IMG/VR virus record: IMGVR_UViG_3300034106_006471
Coordinates: 1 to 64,000 of that record
Direction: 5' to 3' (one strand)
Origin: a virus
DNA: 64,000 nt
The notes below the pieces were generated by a model, which was not told the DNA's origin, did not search any database, and worked only from the letters and a program-made list of their open reading frames with translations. Numbering within the stretch: position 1 is the stretch's first letter; each line of letters opens with the position of its first letter. Below, piece after piece: positions 19,901 through 30,300 of this stretch. The position numbers were made by a program, and so were the translations under genes.

Positions 19901-22900
19901 GATATTCGACGCAAAGATTTTACAGCACAAACCTCTGATTTACAAACGAGACAAAGAGAAGCAGCATCCCCAATAGAGTCGGCTATTATTCAAAAACAAA
20001 TAGACTCATTAGCTACTGAATTTGCTACATATGAAACCGAGTTCAATACAGCCAAAACAAAATATTTAGAAGGATTTGATAATTTAACACAAACTATAAA
20101 CGATAGCCGTCAAGCTGAAGTTAAAGCTAAGGAAGATAGAGATAAAGCATATCAGGAACTTGTAACAGCCGCTCAAAATCAAACTGCTAATTGGAATAAT
20201 TTAAGTACTGAGGAACAAACAGCAAAAGTTGATGAACTAAAACGTGGAAGTTCCGGAGATGCTGTAAGAGATGCTGAAAGTAGACTAGCTCAAGCATCAT
20301 CAGTACGAACCGAAGCAGAAACCAAAAAAGCAGCAGAATACGGAGACGCTACTTCTAGACAAGATGTAGAAAAATCAGTGGATGCTGGAACAACAAGCGG
20401 AGTACTTAAAGCAGCAGAGACTGCGGCTGCTGCTAGAGCTGCTGCGTCCATCAAGGTAGCAGATGCTGAAAAATATATGGCGCTTATGGCTCAACAGAGT
20501 GGCAAAACGCTGTCTCAATATACCAAACAGCTTAAACAAGATATTGGTTCAACTTTCATGAAGTTGAAAGAAGAAGTACCAAAAGCTGTTGGAGCAGCAC
20601 GAGCAAATATTATTCAAAGTAGAGATAAATTAACTGGCACAGATGAGAAGGAAAGAGATAGTGCCAAAGAAGGTATCAAATCATCGTTACGTTCTGCTAT
20701 AGGATCAGCAGAGGTATCGGGTGTGGATACGGCTAAATTAGACGCTATGGTTAATCAATTAGCAACTAAATTACAAGATGCTTCAGTATCCTATGAGGAA
20801 GCTATAGCTAGCGTTGATGGATTACAACAAGCTTTAACAGAAGCTAATAGTGCAGAAAGACTCAAAGCACGAGCGGTTGAGGAAGTTGCAGCAGCTAGCG
20901 GAGTAGCTAAAGAAAAACTAGGCGAGCTTGGAGACGAAGCTATTAAAGCGGCTCAAAATATGGATTCTAATAAGAAATTTAGTGATAAATTACAAAAAGC
21001 AGCATTGGTAGTCGCTGCTTTAGGATCAGCAGCAGAATTTGCTATTAAAGAATTAGGAGGAACAGAAAGTAAAGGAGGAGCAGTAGCATCTGCTGTTGTG
21101 GGGAATGCAACTCAAACAGTAGGAGCCGGAGCTGCTCTCGCTAAACAAGCATTAACATCTTTACCGCCCCCGTTTAATCTGTTTGCAGCGGCTGCTGTTG
21201 CTATTGGAACAGCAGCGGTAACAATTGCTGGAGCGTTTAAAGATGCTCATAATGCAGCTAGGGAATTTGATAAAGCATTAGCTTCTAAAAATGTAGAAAA
21301 TAGTATGGATAGAGTAGCTAGAGCTTTTGATGATTTTGAGAAAAATATAAAAAATCTCAACCTTTTAGACACCATACAACAAGAATTAACTTTTGCTGGT
21401 CAAAATGTAGCTGAAGGAATAAGAATTGATGCTGAAGTTCCAAAAGCATTTTGGGTTAATATGTTTGATGCTCTGAGCGGAGGTAGTGAAGCTGCTCAAA
21501 GAAGTCAAATATTAGAAAAGAAGGGTTTTGGAGCATATATGGAATCTAGTGCATTTGGTCAAAATCCTTTGGGAATGATGGCCAATGCCACATTAGGAGG
21601 AATACCAGACGCAGCATATCAAGCAGCGACCGGCGGAGAAAGTATGTTCAAAGGATCAATGGATCAAGCAGATATTAACAGAAATAATATTATGGCCTCT
21701 ATGGCCCCTCAAATGGCTAAGGAACAGTCTGCTCAATTTAAACCTGTTGCTGAACAAACGTTAAGACTATTTGAAAGCAAGCTTAAAACTGGCACCAGCA
21801 TGGAAGATGTAATGAAAGAACTTAAAGATTCTAGTGGTGCTCCAACTCAATTAGCTGAAAATATAGCAAGATCAAATACTGCTGTTCAAGAACAAATACT
21901 AAATATTCGTGCTAGTAATAGTCTGGGTCCAGAAGAAAAAAGAGTTGCAGAACAAAATATTATCGCAGAAGAGGCCGCGTATAGAACCACACTAGAATTA
22001 AATAATGCTTTAAGACAATTAGAGATGGATAAGCTAGATAAAGCTATTAAAGGTATGACAGTTAGTTTGGAAAGAATGTTTAATCAAATGGATCAAGCTA
22101 TTGGTAAAGTTAGTTTCGAATTAGATTCATTAACCAGATCAGCAGAATTAAGTTCTTTAGCACTAAGCGGACAAGCTCAAGCAGGACAAGTTTCACTTAA
22201 GAGTATTAATGTATTACAAAATCAAAGAGCATATTCTGATACTGAAAATAATATGGCCGCAACTCAAGGGGCCGAAATGTTTGGGTCTCAAGCTAAAACT
22301 ATAGCACCATTATTAGGATTAGGGAATAAGCTTGAAGATACTGTGCTATCAACGATAAATAGAGTTAGAAAAGATAGTCCTGATGCTAGTAATGAAAAAA
22401 TAGCAACTAATATAAGATTTGAATTGAATAAATCTTTAAATGGATTAGGTTTACCAAGCAACATAACAGACAAACTAAGCAAAGAAGTAGGACGAGCATT
22501 TAGCGACATTACCGCTAAAGGAGATACAGAATTAAGTTTTGACGAAATAGTAGAAAGAGTACCAGGTTTTGCCAAAGCTATAGATTCTGCACGAAGAGCA
22601 CAGGAAATGGCTAATAAGGCTTTAGAATTCTGGCAAAAAAATCTCAATGATTATGCTCAAGCTATGAATACTAATGTTGGATTACAAATAGAGGCTAATG
22701 CTAATTTTAGAAAAGCAGCAAGCATACAATATCAAGGACAATTAGAACTTAAAAAAGCTTTTGGTAAAAGTATTTCTTTAGACGAAAGCCGTAAAGCAGC
22801 AACTATGGATATTAAAAGTCAAACAGGAGGATTGACTGATCCTAGAGATATTGGACGAAATATTAATAGATTAGAGGATACAAGAAGATCTCAGCAAGCA

Positions 22901-25900
22901 CTATCAGATAGTGCTGCTAATAGAGGATCATCAGGACGCAATGAATTTATGGTTATGCAGAATAATCTTGGTAGAACTAATTTAGCGCTAAGAGAAAATT
23001 ATGCCGCACTTAAACAATTAGCAGATAGTGGAGAATTAGCAGGAGCGGCTCTGTCCAAAATCAATGAGATACAACAAAAAAGACAAGCTGGAGCTAATGT
23101 TATAGAAAAACTAGCTACTAGCAATCCTGAAGAATTAAATAATTTTCGTAATGCTATGGCCAGAATGCAAAATAATATGGCTGGTAATGTTAATGCTGGA
23201 AGCACATCTGAACAAAGAAGTGAAAGCTTACAAGCATTTAATATGATAGCTCCTATGCTAGGAGATCAACAAGGAGCTATGAGAGCTAATATGTTAGAGG
23301 CTATGTTAAAAGAAAGTAATGTTGGCATAGATCCTATGATGCAGGAGGTGCTGGATAGCTTAAGGGATCCAGAAGGAGATCCTCAAATGGCAGAAGCTAT
23401 AGCAACATATAGAGAGGGAGTAGCTCTACAAACTGAAGCTAATAGAGTTTTAGGAGAACTTAATCAAAGCATAGCAGACAATAACGCAGAAGTTGCTGCT
23501 AAAAAATTAGCCACAGCTATAGCTGGAGTTAAATTAAGTTTTGAAAGTCAAACTCTTAGTGATATTAATCTTGGAATACAAGCTTTAGTCAGCATTGCTA
23601 AAGAAAAAGGAGTACCAGGAGTAGCGGCCGGTAAAAGCAGAGGAGGAGTAGTATATGCTAGTGCTGGAGAATTAATTAATTTTCAGCCAAAAGGAACAGA
23701 TACTGTACCAGCTATGTTAACTCCTGGAGAGTTTGTTATCAACAGAGCTGCTACACAAAAACATTTGCCATTGCTGAAAAATATTAATAGTGGAAATTAT
23801 AGTAGTGGTGGAAAAGTTAAATATTATGAAGACGGCGGTTTGGTTGGATATTGGGCAGAACGCGGGGGCTGGTATACAAATACGAATGCTAATAAAGCAA
23901 AATCAAGTAATAGAGATAATAATTTAGAAACTACAGAAAAAGATTTTATACAATTTAAAGATATCAATAACGTTAATGAAAATGCATTTTCCCCATCAAC
24001 TCCTTTGTATAAAGTTCCTAATGCAGCATATGCCGTTGGAAGAGGAGAAAATCCAATAGAATTAGGATCTATAAAGTCTTCTTTTGGGGTAGGAAATGAA
24101 AGTTTCATACAGAGAGAGGGCATACTCCTAAATAATTTCACCGGAACTACTCCTGCTGGACCAAATTTTAGAAAAACACTAAAACCATTTATAAGTATTC
24201 CAGATCTTGATAAGATAAGTAAAGAGATAGACATCAATTCTAAAAAAGCATTATCAAAAAATCAAACAGACGTATATCTTAACTTGATTAATAAAATTTT
24301 AGATAAATGGACGAATATATCAGATCAAAAAACTAAAAATTTAATGCCAGAATCACCATTAACTCCACCAGAACTAACTCCTAAAATTACGTCACAAAAA
24401 ACCCTAAATGATGGAGATGAATATAAAGTATCTGGATTAAGTAAAATAGATAATAGTAGCGGATTTTTAGTTGATAATTTATCTTCAGTTATACCTAATA
24501 GAGGAGGAGAAGTAAGTAACATTGTAGGATGGCAAAAAGGATATTTTTCAGGAACCAAAAAATTAGCTTCTGGTTTATCAAATATTGATGATCCAAACTG
24601 GACATTAGAAGATGTTATTCCTTTCGATCCTATTTTTACAAGAGCAAAAACCTATTTATATCCTAAATTAGCAACTATTAATCAACTAAAATTAGATTTT
24701 GAAAACTATAAAAAAAATCTAAAAAAATATATTGGCTCTGGAGATTCTTCATTCTCAGAATCTGAGAGACTGAGTCAGACAAAACTAGATTTTACCAATT
24801 TAGATGCTTTGTATAAGAAAAGAATTTTTAAAACCACAATCACAGACTCCGTAGGTTCTGTATTACACAATAATACAATTACTGACTGGCCAGTAACTCT
24901 CTATAATATTCCAGAAGATTGGTTTAGTAATACTGTGCCTAAATTAAAAGAAGCTTTTCCTGGAGGGGCCGGAAAATCTTATTCAGCAACTGCTGATCAA
25001 CTATTAAGTTTACTGCCATACAATATTGACACAAATAAACAAGTTGGAGGGGGCGCTAAATCTTTTGCTTGGACATCAGCACAAACTTCTAGGAGCCCTT
25101 TGCTAGAAAAACAATTAGCATCAGCACAAGCATCATTTAGCGACAACAATGCGCCTCCAATAAAGGTTGTTGCACAAGCTAAAACAGACGACCCAAGATT
25201 TCAATTTAGCTATAGCGAAGTAGAAGCCCCACTCTTTGATCCTAATTCTAGAAATTTAGGAAACGACATCAACAAGTATATAATGATATCTGCTGCTAAA
25301 GGATCTGAAGCTACTAATCCATTCTCGTTAATTCCTGAAAATAAAAAAATATACGCTCAAAATATAGATTCTGTTATAGAGATGTTAAATAATAATATGC
25401 CTAATGGAGAAGAATTACAAAAAAGAATAGACTCTGGCGAAGATATGAAAAATTTAGCATTTTCTTTTCCATTAACTGGAGATAATTTAGGATTATCATT
25501 TATACCTTCCGATGCTTTGAATTTATTTAAAACAACATCAATTGGACAATCATTAGGAGATAATATTAACTTTTTAGCACCAGGATCTGGTACCAAACCA
25601 ACTTTAGAAAATTTTACTCTATCAGGAGAATTAACTAAAGCATATACACAAGCTAGATTAGATAGAATTAAAAAGAGGGGAAGTGAAATATCACAAATTA
25701 AAACAGAAAAAGCAGAAGGATTTGATAAAATTAAAGATGTAAAAACAGACTTTGAAGTTGAAGAAGTAAGAATAGCTATAGCCAAAGTTGCTCAAAGACT
25801 AGCCCTAAAAGAATTTCAAAATGCTAATTTACCAGTATCATTAAAAGACCCAAACAGCTTAGCAGATGTTGGTGGTTTAGCTAGTGGTATTTTTAGTATA

Positions 25901-27325
25901 CAGCCAAAATTTGATAATAGAGGAGCATCATACTTATTATTAGATTCTTGGAGAGGTATATTTTCAACTCTTTATAAACCAGACAATGCACAAAAAGAAT
26001 CATTATATTTCAAGTCATCTGGCATAGATTTAAGTAGTGCAGCAGCAGCAGCTAGCACAGCAGAATCTGGTTTATCAGACCTGATAAGAAGAGAAAAAAC
26101 TATTAGACAAGCTAAAAATAGTAATGTTAGCACAGCACTAACATCACAACAAAAAGAAAGCTTAGAATTTGAAGGAGGTAAATTATATACCATAGGAGCA
26201 GACGGTAAAAAAACAGAAACTAGTCCAGAAGCTAGAGAAAGTCCAACAACAGTAGCTCAAGTAGAAAAAATAGCACTAGTACCAGAAAATATTTTTCCTG
26301 AACAAAAAACTAGACAAAATTATTTAGATGTATTAATAGACTATTATAATAAAGCTAAACTTAGTGATGCAGCTAAGAGCGCGATGGCTCTAAAAACTTG
26401 GTACGGCGCTCAAGATAATTATTTAAATACAAGCTTATCGCCAGAACAGCTATCAAGTAATATACCAAAAGTTGAACAAGATATTACACTAAATGATAGA
26501 GATAGTTTTCAAAAATCTCACTTTTTATTAGCCGGGCAGAAGTACGGAGAACTACCAACAATACCTAAAATAGTTGAACTAATTAAGGTTAGAGCAGAAG
26601 AAAAAGCTAAAGAGCCAGAAAAGAAGGAGACAAGCGCTGGTGCAGACATTGCGAATAATTATGCTACTGGAGGTTTAGTATATGCTAGTAAGGGTAAACT
26701 AATTAATTTTCAACCACGAGGAACAGACACTGTTCCTGCCATGTTAACTCCTGGAGAATTTGTGATCAATAGAGAATCTACAAATAAATATAAGCCAGTT
26801 TTAGAGGCTATTAATAGTGGTAATTATAATCAAGGAGGTATAGTTAAATATTTGAATAATGGTGGAATAGTATTCCCTAATTATTATCAAGATGCTGGAA
26901 ATGTATCTGGTAGAAATGCCTCATTTGATTTTGCTGGCTTTATGCAAAATCTTACTGGAAAGCTTATTAGTACTATTCCGGAAGCTATAAAACAAGCTTT
27001 TAGTGGCTCCTCAACCACAACCCAAACAACCACAAATGGTGTATCATCTATTGATAGTGGAGCTTTGGATAAATTAAATCAGTTTACAAATAGACTAAAG
27101 AGTGTGGCTGATACTTTGGCCGGTTTACAAGCTATTCCTTCAGAAATTAATATTACAGGAAAACATGATCTCAATATTATTATCAATGGAGATAGCGCAT
27201 TGAATCAACTAAAGCCAGATTTACAAAATATAGTATTATCTAAAATGAGAGATGCTTTTAAATCATTAATAGATAAAAATACACAAAGTGGTGGATTACT
27301 TAAGAATATGCCGGATTTAATTTAA
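13913..27325 (+). CDS. Giant tape measure protein (~4470 aa) with embedded cargo modules
   Basis: TP901-type TMP core at ~14400-15150 (FDKAFIKLQQVT...LIDVAQTLAQAGLS...LMRQFG...VNAVAAGFAVEASDI). Long Ala/Gln/Glu helical tracts and repeated GG..G.D.VPAML.PGE.V motifs. ATG 13913 (AGGA upstream) is more likely than TTG 13874. Confidence 0.9.
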   Translation: MAAAFNLTAQLNLRGPNNVNKIVSDIRRQLGTVKGEIDFKINATAAKNVTQLNAAIKNLNSSLLETRSNAVAATTAISAFTNVASSINNTASKTATNISKASVAVNNLSSSSKKAKDDLSETRTEMEEFGRQSALAIRRFAAFTGVTSVIFGLSNAFKQAFGAFVEFDKAFIKLQQVTDKSGAELQSLSKEVTSLSVGLGIASSDLIDVAQTLAQAGLSAKDTEKALRALALSDLAPSFDSMNDTVEGSIALMRQFGISAGELEKVLGSVNAVAAGFAVEASDIIAAIQRTGGVFAAASKGVSEGSDALNEFIAVFTSVRATTRESAETIATGLRTIFTRIQREGTIEALREFGVTLTDAEGKFVGAYKAVQLLSEGLSRLDPRDIRFSQIVEELGGFRQIGKVIPLIQQFATAQEALKVAQAGQGSLASDAIKAQLSLANQISKVREEFLAFVRDIGGSDTFQTLAKTTLGFASGLIKVASALKGVLPVLAILGLGKAGSALTQFGSGFIGGLKKTKPDSAIQSQTGSSSVLGSRSASSSSRNQSIDFSQINNSLNSLGNTIDSLISSLNSLNGLSSELTNNTASLIANTASIESLTQAISSMNLGGSSTLSNGGKVLGFNKGGIVPGSGRGDKVPAMLEPGEVVMSNQAVQKYGRSNLNRMNRFAGGGKVIIDYPEEEAIRTQSIDSSLATAINSVGSQLYPKTKKIKGTTAQSMPNYAGVVGSIFEAGLARASEEPFKDDRKFFDFPKGIDNVKTYSSLTGITSDAKRNFDKNKPFYVNNILNKIGNTLGDNINSSAQNFGVAVMNKGEDTTFDWTADMVKNAQIDKKYLGGKIQKFMAGSPGGVRVGSGKGRGKTGAKGARDIIEPISSETYLRWAKGIYDEYDADPSLVMSIDELGARLPPEIALANRLLSQYALETGGAGLKVGQRFVRTPKELITEDLKPYLIPDPNDSSELGFYEDIIARIGKAKAKSAAATAKLGKQAALGAASSRIASYENAENAISEFKQSGILNIDPNIMSYISSSIANPTSLPLPKNIITSIQSKLTPTNLEAFKALTGKDRIPVKVQGQRTKLSEVFNTILETYGSDVSDLEIDSIIRGVGSKMMNKSTGGLIQKFMAGSTGSGGVQSQTDPIAQDILDKLQQVGGAGRARQLLTLPAIEKAIAKVQTSGKRPRSASGVFDKPFLTSSDATPFLSTLSSLADQAITLYSGTSAADFDLTPEQIAAARDVAIAGLRTDMKDLAPYYRLRKGFPLRVHTGIVSPDKYSIIDKLLEQQHMAQVEAARALAPNETISPLSKEDRQKFGEDNLGGYNLEALLALFGSGNGKKTTQDAIDFASGLTPLAASIFGVPAGIPTQAKLTVSSSNVTKALDGIIKTFALGGLAEATEEMSGLMKNLYGNRSSEDKPAQKKEKQFGKIALRNDGSTITATYFKQGAQALLSGSEMRSGQVTASKIDSNLYAVGLSAATKGYGPRLYDAVMEAATENGGMLTSDRNTVSGDAKKVWEYYFKNRGDVKKTPLKPSNWTKNQANIDPKLYGNEDTWPPATDPAWVLQSGYSKSPNLINDSNSVVRMDKQAQSSALTALEFFQSKTKLASGGSLKRTVPAMVSSGEAYIPPETAKKIGYSKLNRMNQADRNGMRGFSGGGISVFNGPGSGTSDSIGPVGLPEGSYVIRAKATKALGLNKGGIVGSSIKKFAGGGMSRSQIEERFQIDRNINIDQLKKAADQAGMSIVEFAKALINARDTAKQTALDQGKSLEQAAEAGRQAAAKFAGIELDPNVISPKQRKAIDRGVLTEKEAREANVGNLANQESSLIQLLGSSSGINRNIEENKQITSTSIDPRDILEMATQARSDAATKVYESSVRVGEENPINRTRAVMKAAGSSVTGDILRQTIGNKALTAADLNNALKGLASRRQELQSKKDTGDNSFDSSAMVELDMLNQLAPQIEAKLQDVLSSAIQNTDVAASAPPDKPKPVGSINTKDQAINAQNELDIRRKDFTAQTSDLQTRQREAASPIESAIIQKQIDSLATEFATYETEFNTAKTKYLEGFDNLTQTINDSRQAEVKAKEDRDKAYQELVTAAQNQTANWNNLSTEEQTAKVDELKRGSSGDAVRDAESRLAQASSVRTEAETKKAAEYGDATSRQDVEKSVDAGTTSGVLKAAETAAAARAAASIKVADAEKYMALMAQQSGKTLSQYTKQLKQDIGSTFMKLKEEVPKAVGAARANIIQSRDKLTGTDEKERDSAKEGIKSSLRSAIGSAEVSGVDTAKLDAMVNQLATKLQDASVSYEEAIASVDGLQQALTEANSAERLKARAVEEVAAASGVAKEKLGELGDEAIKAAQNMDSNKKFSDKLQKAALVVAALGSAAEFAIKELGGTESKGGAVASAVVGNATQTVGAGAALAKQALTSLPPPFNLFAAAAVAIGTAAVTIAGAFKDAHNAAREFDKALASKNVENSMDRVARAFDDFEKNIKNLNLLDTIQQELTFAGQNVAEGIRIDAEVPKAFWVNMFDALSGGSEAAQRSQILEKKGFGAYMESSAFGQNPLGMMANATLGGIPDAAYQAATGGESMFKGSMDQADINRNNIMASMAPQMAKEQSAQFKPVAEQTLRLFESKLKTGTSMEDVMKELKDSSGAPTQLAENIARSNTAVQEQILNIRASNSLGPEEKRVAEQNIIAEEAAYRTTLELNNALRQLEMDKLDKAIKGMTVSLERMFNQMDQAIGKVSFELDSLTRSAELSSLALSGQAQAGQVSLKSINVLQNQRAYSDTENNMAATQGAEMFGSQAKTIAPLLGLGNKLEDTVLSTINRVRKDSPDASNEKIATNIRFELNKSLNGLGLPSNITDKLSKEVGRAFSDITAKGDTELSFDEIVERVPGFAKAIDSARRAQEMANKALEFWQKNLNDYAQAMNTNVGLQIEANANFRKAASIQYQGQLELKKAFGKSISLDESRKAATMDIKSQTGGLTDPRDIGRNINRLEDTRRSQQALSDSAANRGSSGRNEFMVMQNNLGRTNLALRENYAALKQLADSGELAGAALSKINEIQQKRQAGANVIEKLATSNPEELNNFRNAMARMQNNMAGNVNAGSTSEQRSESLQAFNMIAPMLGDQQGAMRANMLEAMLKESNVGIDPMMQEVLDSLRDPEGDPQMAEAIATYREGVALQTEANRVLGELNQSIADNNAEVAAKKLATAIAGVKLSFESQTLSDINLGIQALVSIAKEKGVPGVAAGKSRGGVVYASAGELINFQPKGTDTVPAMLTPGEFVINRAATQKHLPLLKNINSGNYSSGGKVKYYEDGGLVGYWAERGGWYTNTNANKAKSSNRDNNLETTEKDFIQFKDINNVNENAFSPSTPLYKVPNAAYAVGRGENPIELGSIKSSFGVGNESFIQREGILLNNFTGTTPAGPNFRKTLKPFISIPDLDKISKEIDINSKKALSKNQTDVYLNLINKILDKWTNISDQKTKNLMPESPLTPPELTPKITSQKTLNDGDEYKVSGLSKIDNSSGFLVDNLSSVIPNRGGEVSNIVGWQKGYFSGTKKLASGLSNIDDPNWTLEDVIPFDPIFTRAKTYLYPKLATINQLKLDFENYKKNLKKYIGSGDSSFSESERLSQTKLDFTNLDALYKKRIFKTTITDSVGSVLHNNTITDWPVTLYNIPEDWFSNTVPKLKEAFPGGAGKSYSATADQLLSLLPYNIDTNKQVGGGAKSFAWTSAQTSRSPLLEKQLASAQASFSDNNAPPIKVVAQAKTDDPRFQFSYSEVEAPLFDPNSRNLGNDINKYIMISAAKGSEATNPFSLIPENKKIYAQNIDSVIEMLNNNMPNGEELQKRIDSGEDMKNLAFSFPLTGDNLGLSFIPSDALNLFKTTSIGQSLGDNINFLAPGSGTKPTLENFTLSGELTKAYTQARLDRIKKRGSEISQIKTEKAEGFDKIKDVKTDFEVEEVRIAIAKVAQRLALKEFQNANLPVSLKDPNSLADVGGLASGIFSIQPKFDNRGASYLLLDSWRGIFSTLYKPDNAQKESLYFKSSGIDLSSAAAAASTAESGLSDLIRREKTIRQAKNSNVSTALTSQQKESLEFEGGKLYTIGADGKKTETSPEARESPTTVAQVEKIALVPENIFPEQKTRQNYLDVLIDYYNKAKLSDAAKSAMALKTWYGAQDNYLNTSLSPEQLSSNIPKVEQDITLNDRDSFQKSHFLLAGQKYGELPTIPKIVELIKVRAEEKAKEPEKKETSAGADIANNYATGGLVYASKGKLINFQPRGTDTVPAMLTPGEFVINRESTNKYKPVLEAINSGNYNQGGIVKYLNNGGIVFPNYYQDAGNVSGRNASFDFAGFMQNLTGKLISTIPEAIKQAFSGSSTTTQTTTNGVSSIDSGALDKLNQFTNRLKSVADTLAGLQAIPSEINITGKHDLNIIINGDSALNQLKPDLQNIVLSKMRDAFKSLIDKNTQSGGLLKNMPDLI
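23645..26870 (+). repeat. Intragenic direct repeat of ~200 nt (about 23645-23845 and 26669-26870)
   Basis: GGVVYASAGELINFQPKGTDTVPAMLTPGEFVINR versus GGLVYASKGKLINFQPRGTDTVPAMLTPGEFVINR. Shared nucleotide tracts gtatatgctagt, aattaattttca, atgttaactcctggaga. Confidence 0.85.
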
Positions 27326-27348
27326 TATCACAAACATAGGTTTATATA

Positions 27349-30300
27349 ATGAAAATATTTGATAATGTTGGTTGTGAATTTATTTATAACAGTAATAATA
27401 CTTTTACGTTATTAGGTCCTCTCTCAGGATATGCATCATTATCAATACAAGACTATGGATTTTCTATTCCTTATTTGGCTAGAAATATTGATGGTAAAAA
27501 TATAGAATATGAATTAGGAGTAGGATATTTAGATAAAGTTGATAATAAATTAGTTTTAAAAGATAAAAAAATATCAGTTTCTTCAAACAATAATCAACAC
27601 GTAGACTTTAGCAAAAATGGAAACAAACAATTCTACATTTTTGTACATAATGTAAACTTTAATAATGCTTTTAATAATGTATTTATCTGCAATAAAGATT
27701 TTAATATCGAACCGCGTAAAAGCGTTTATATAGTTGATGTTTCTAGCGGTTATGTTACAGCATCCCTTCCAGACCCAGTTCTATGTGAAGCTGTAGAGCT
27801 AGAATTTAAAACTTTAGGAGATTCTGGAGTTCTAAGCCTAAACTGCGAAGAGTTTAAACTAGCTATAGATAGTAATAAATATACAAAATTAGTATCTACG
27901 GGTAAAGATTGGATTGAATTAAAAGATAATAATACTAATAATATATCATCATTATCTTTATCAACTGATGACTCTTCTTTTCGGGTTTTGGGCGATCCAA
28001 CAGGAGCGGATAGATCTTTACAATTTAATAATAATGGTTCTTTTGATGATTCATCACTATATCAAGGGAATAATGACAAATTACTTTTCGGATCTAGTAC
28101 AGAATCAGCCGCTAAAAATATTATTCCTAGTAGTGGAGATCATGATTTAATATTAAATCAAACAAAAGACGGATCTAATTTTATAGTTTATGGCACCGGA
28201 AATGCTCCGGGCTATCCAGCTAAAAACTTATACTTTAGTTATGACGGAAGACTAGGCATTAATATGCCATCAGGAGTAAATACAGGATCTATAGTAAAAC
28301 CATCAACAATATTACACGTATTTAATACATTATGTAGAGAAGGTATTCGTTTAGAGAACAGAGCTAATTGTTATCCAGCTGATATTACTCTATATGATAA
28401 CCCCTTCACATCTCCTAGATCAAATGGTAGTAGTATAGCCAGAATAGTTTTTGCTGGAAAAGATAATGCTTCTAATAAAATAGATTTTGCTACCATAGAA
28501 ACTAAAATAAAATCAGCTTCATCTAAATTAGGACAGCTGGATATTTCTGTATCTAATGGCGCCTCATCTAAAACAACAATATCAACCAGCTCTGATAGAA
28601 CAAAAATAGAATCTAATAATGCATTAATAGACGTTAATACTTCATCAATTAGACTAAGTGGAACACACATCAGTATTACTGGAACCAATGTAGGAATAGC
28701 TGCCTTATCAAGCGTTAATTTAACAGGTACAGCTATTGTTAGCACAAGTCTTAGATTACCATATATATCGTCAGTAAATTCATTACTATCTATTGATTCT
28801 TCTAATAGAGTTATAGCAGCTACAGGTTTTAAAATCCCTGGATTAAGTGGCGGTTCCGAAGAAAGACTATTAAGCGTTAAAACAGATGGCACTGTTGTTG
28901 GACAAATACCAAAAGATGGAGTTTGGCCCTATGAGACAGGACAAAAAATAGGCGGCAAAGATGTGATTTGGGATAGGTATCCTTATAGAACCGCCCAGGT
29001 TTGCTTAAATAAAATAACACAAGAGATTGAAATAGAAAATACTCCTCTGGAGGAATTTAGTATTGGTGATCAAATAGCTATTTTAAATTTGTCAAACAAT
29101 ACTACTATTTATAGAAGAATTAGAGATTTAACAATCAATAATGATATTATCACTAGAATCTTAATAGATCAAGATGTTTTATTTACTGGATCAACCGTAA
29201 ATCTCAAAGTATATTCAGTATCCAAAGGTGGAATATTAACCAATACAATATATACCTCCGAAACCATATCAGACGCTACTGCTATAGTTTTAAGTTCTAG
29301 ACCACAAGCTAATACGGTATTTAATACTAAAAAGAAAAATATTGATTTTACAGTATTTGGTTCCGAAGATAAGCCTGCTTTTAATATATTAGCTAATGTA
29401 GGAAGTAATCAAAATATTACCGGAGCTTACTTTAAGTACGCCACTCATGTATCAGGCTCTCCACCTACCCAGTCCAAGATAGATTCGGATGGAAATGGCT
29501 CTATTAATAGTTCAGCTAATAATTCAGCTAATTTTGCCGATGCTGCTGATCCTGTTTGGTCTGGAAAAGTTACTGTGGTTGGGAATAATGGAAAGCCTAG
29601 TTATTATAAAACATTTGATCAAAATGGGAATGTTGCAGAGTGGGTGGAAGATGAGAATAAACAGTATTCATATGCTAGCTATCAATATGTTTGTGGCGGC
29701 TCTTGGAGAACAGCCAATAATAATAGTTTAAGAGGATATATTGCAACGCCAAGATATAGTGGTTTGGACGATATTGGATTTAGAATTTGTTCCAAAGCAG
29801 GATATTCTCACAATTTAGAAAATGCTTTATCAATAGATTTTGTTAGAGTTGATGATATTAATAATCCTTCCGATACTAGCCCTATATATGAAGAAGCTTG
29901 GACAAACAGATTTAATGATACTAACGACGACCCGTTACCTATTACAAAATCTGATCTGGGTGTAGTTTCATATCCATTCAGAATTAGCTCATATGAAGTT
30001 ACTAATGGTCAGTATTTAGCATTTTTAAACAGTGTGGCGACAGGAGTATCTTCAATTAGTGGATTATATAAGTCAAGTATGACTTCTAGTCCAGTTGGAG
30101 GAATATCAGTTTCTGGTAATGGAACATCAATACCGTTCACTTATTATGTTAAAAATAATATGGAGAGTATGCCTGTCGTATTCGTGGACTATGTAAGCTG
30201 TATCAGATATATAAATTGGTTAAGCAATGGAGCCCCAACCGGCAATAACATATTGCCTGGAATTACAGAATTTGGTGCATACAGCATACAGTCTGGTCCA

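Noticed and set aside
13913-27325. Inteins or introns explaining the TMP size
   Set aside because: No C/S...HN-C/S/T splice motifs or LAGLIDADG signatures were seen at module borders, and the ORF is continuous.
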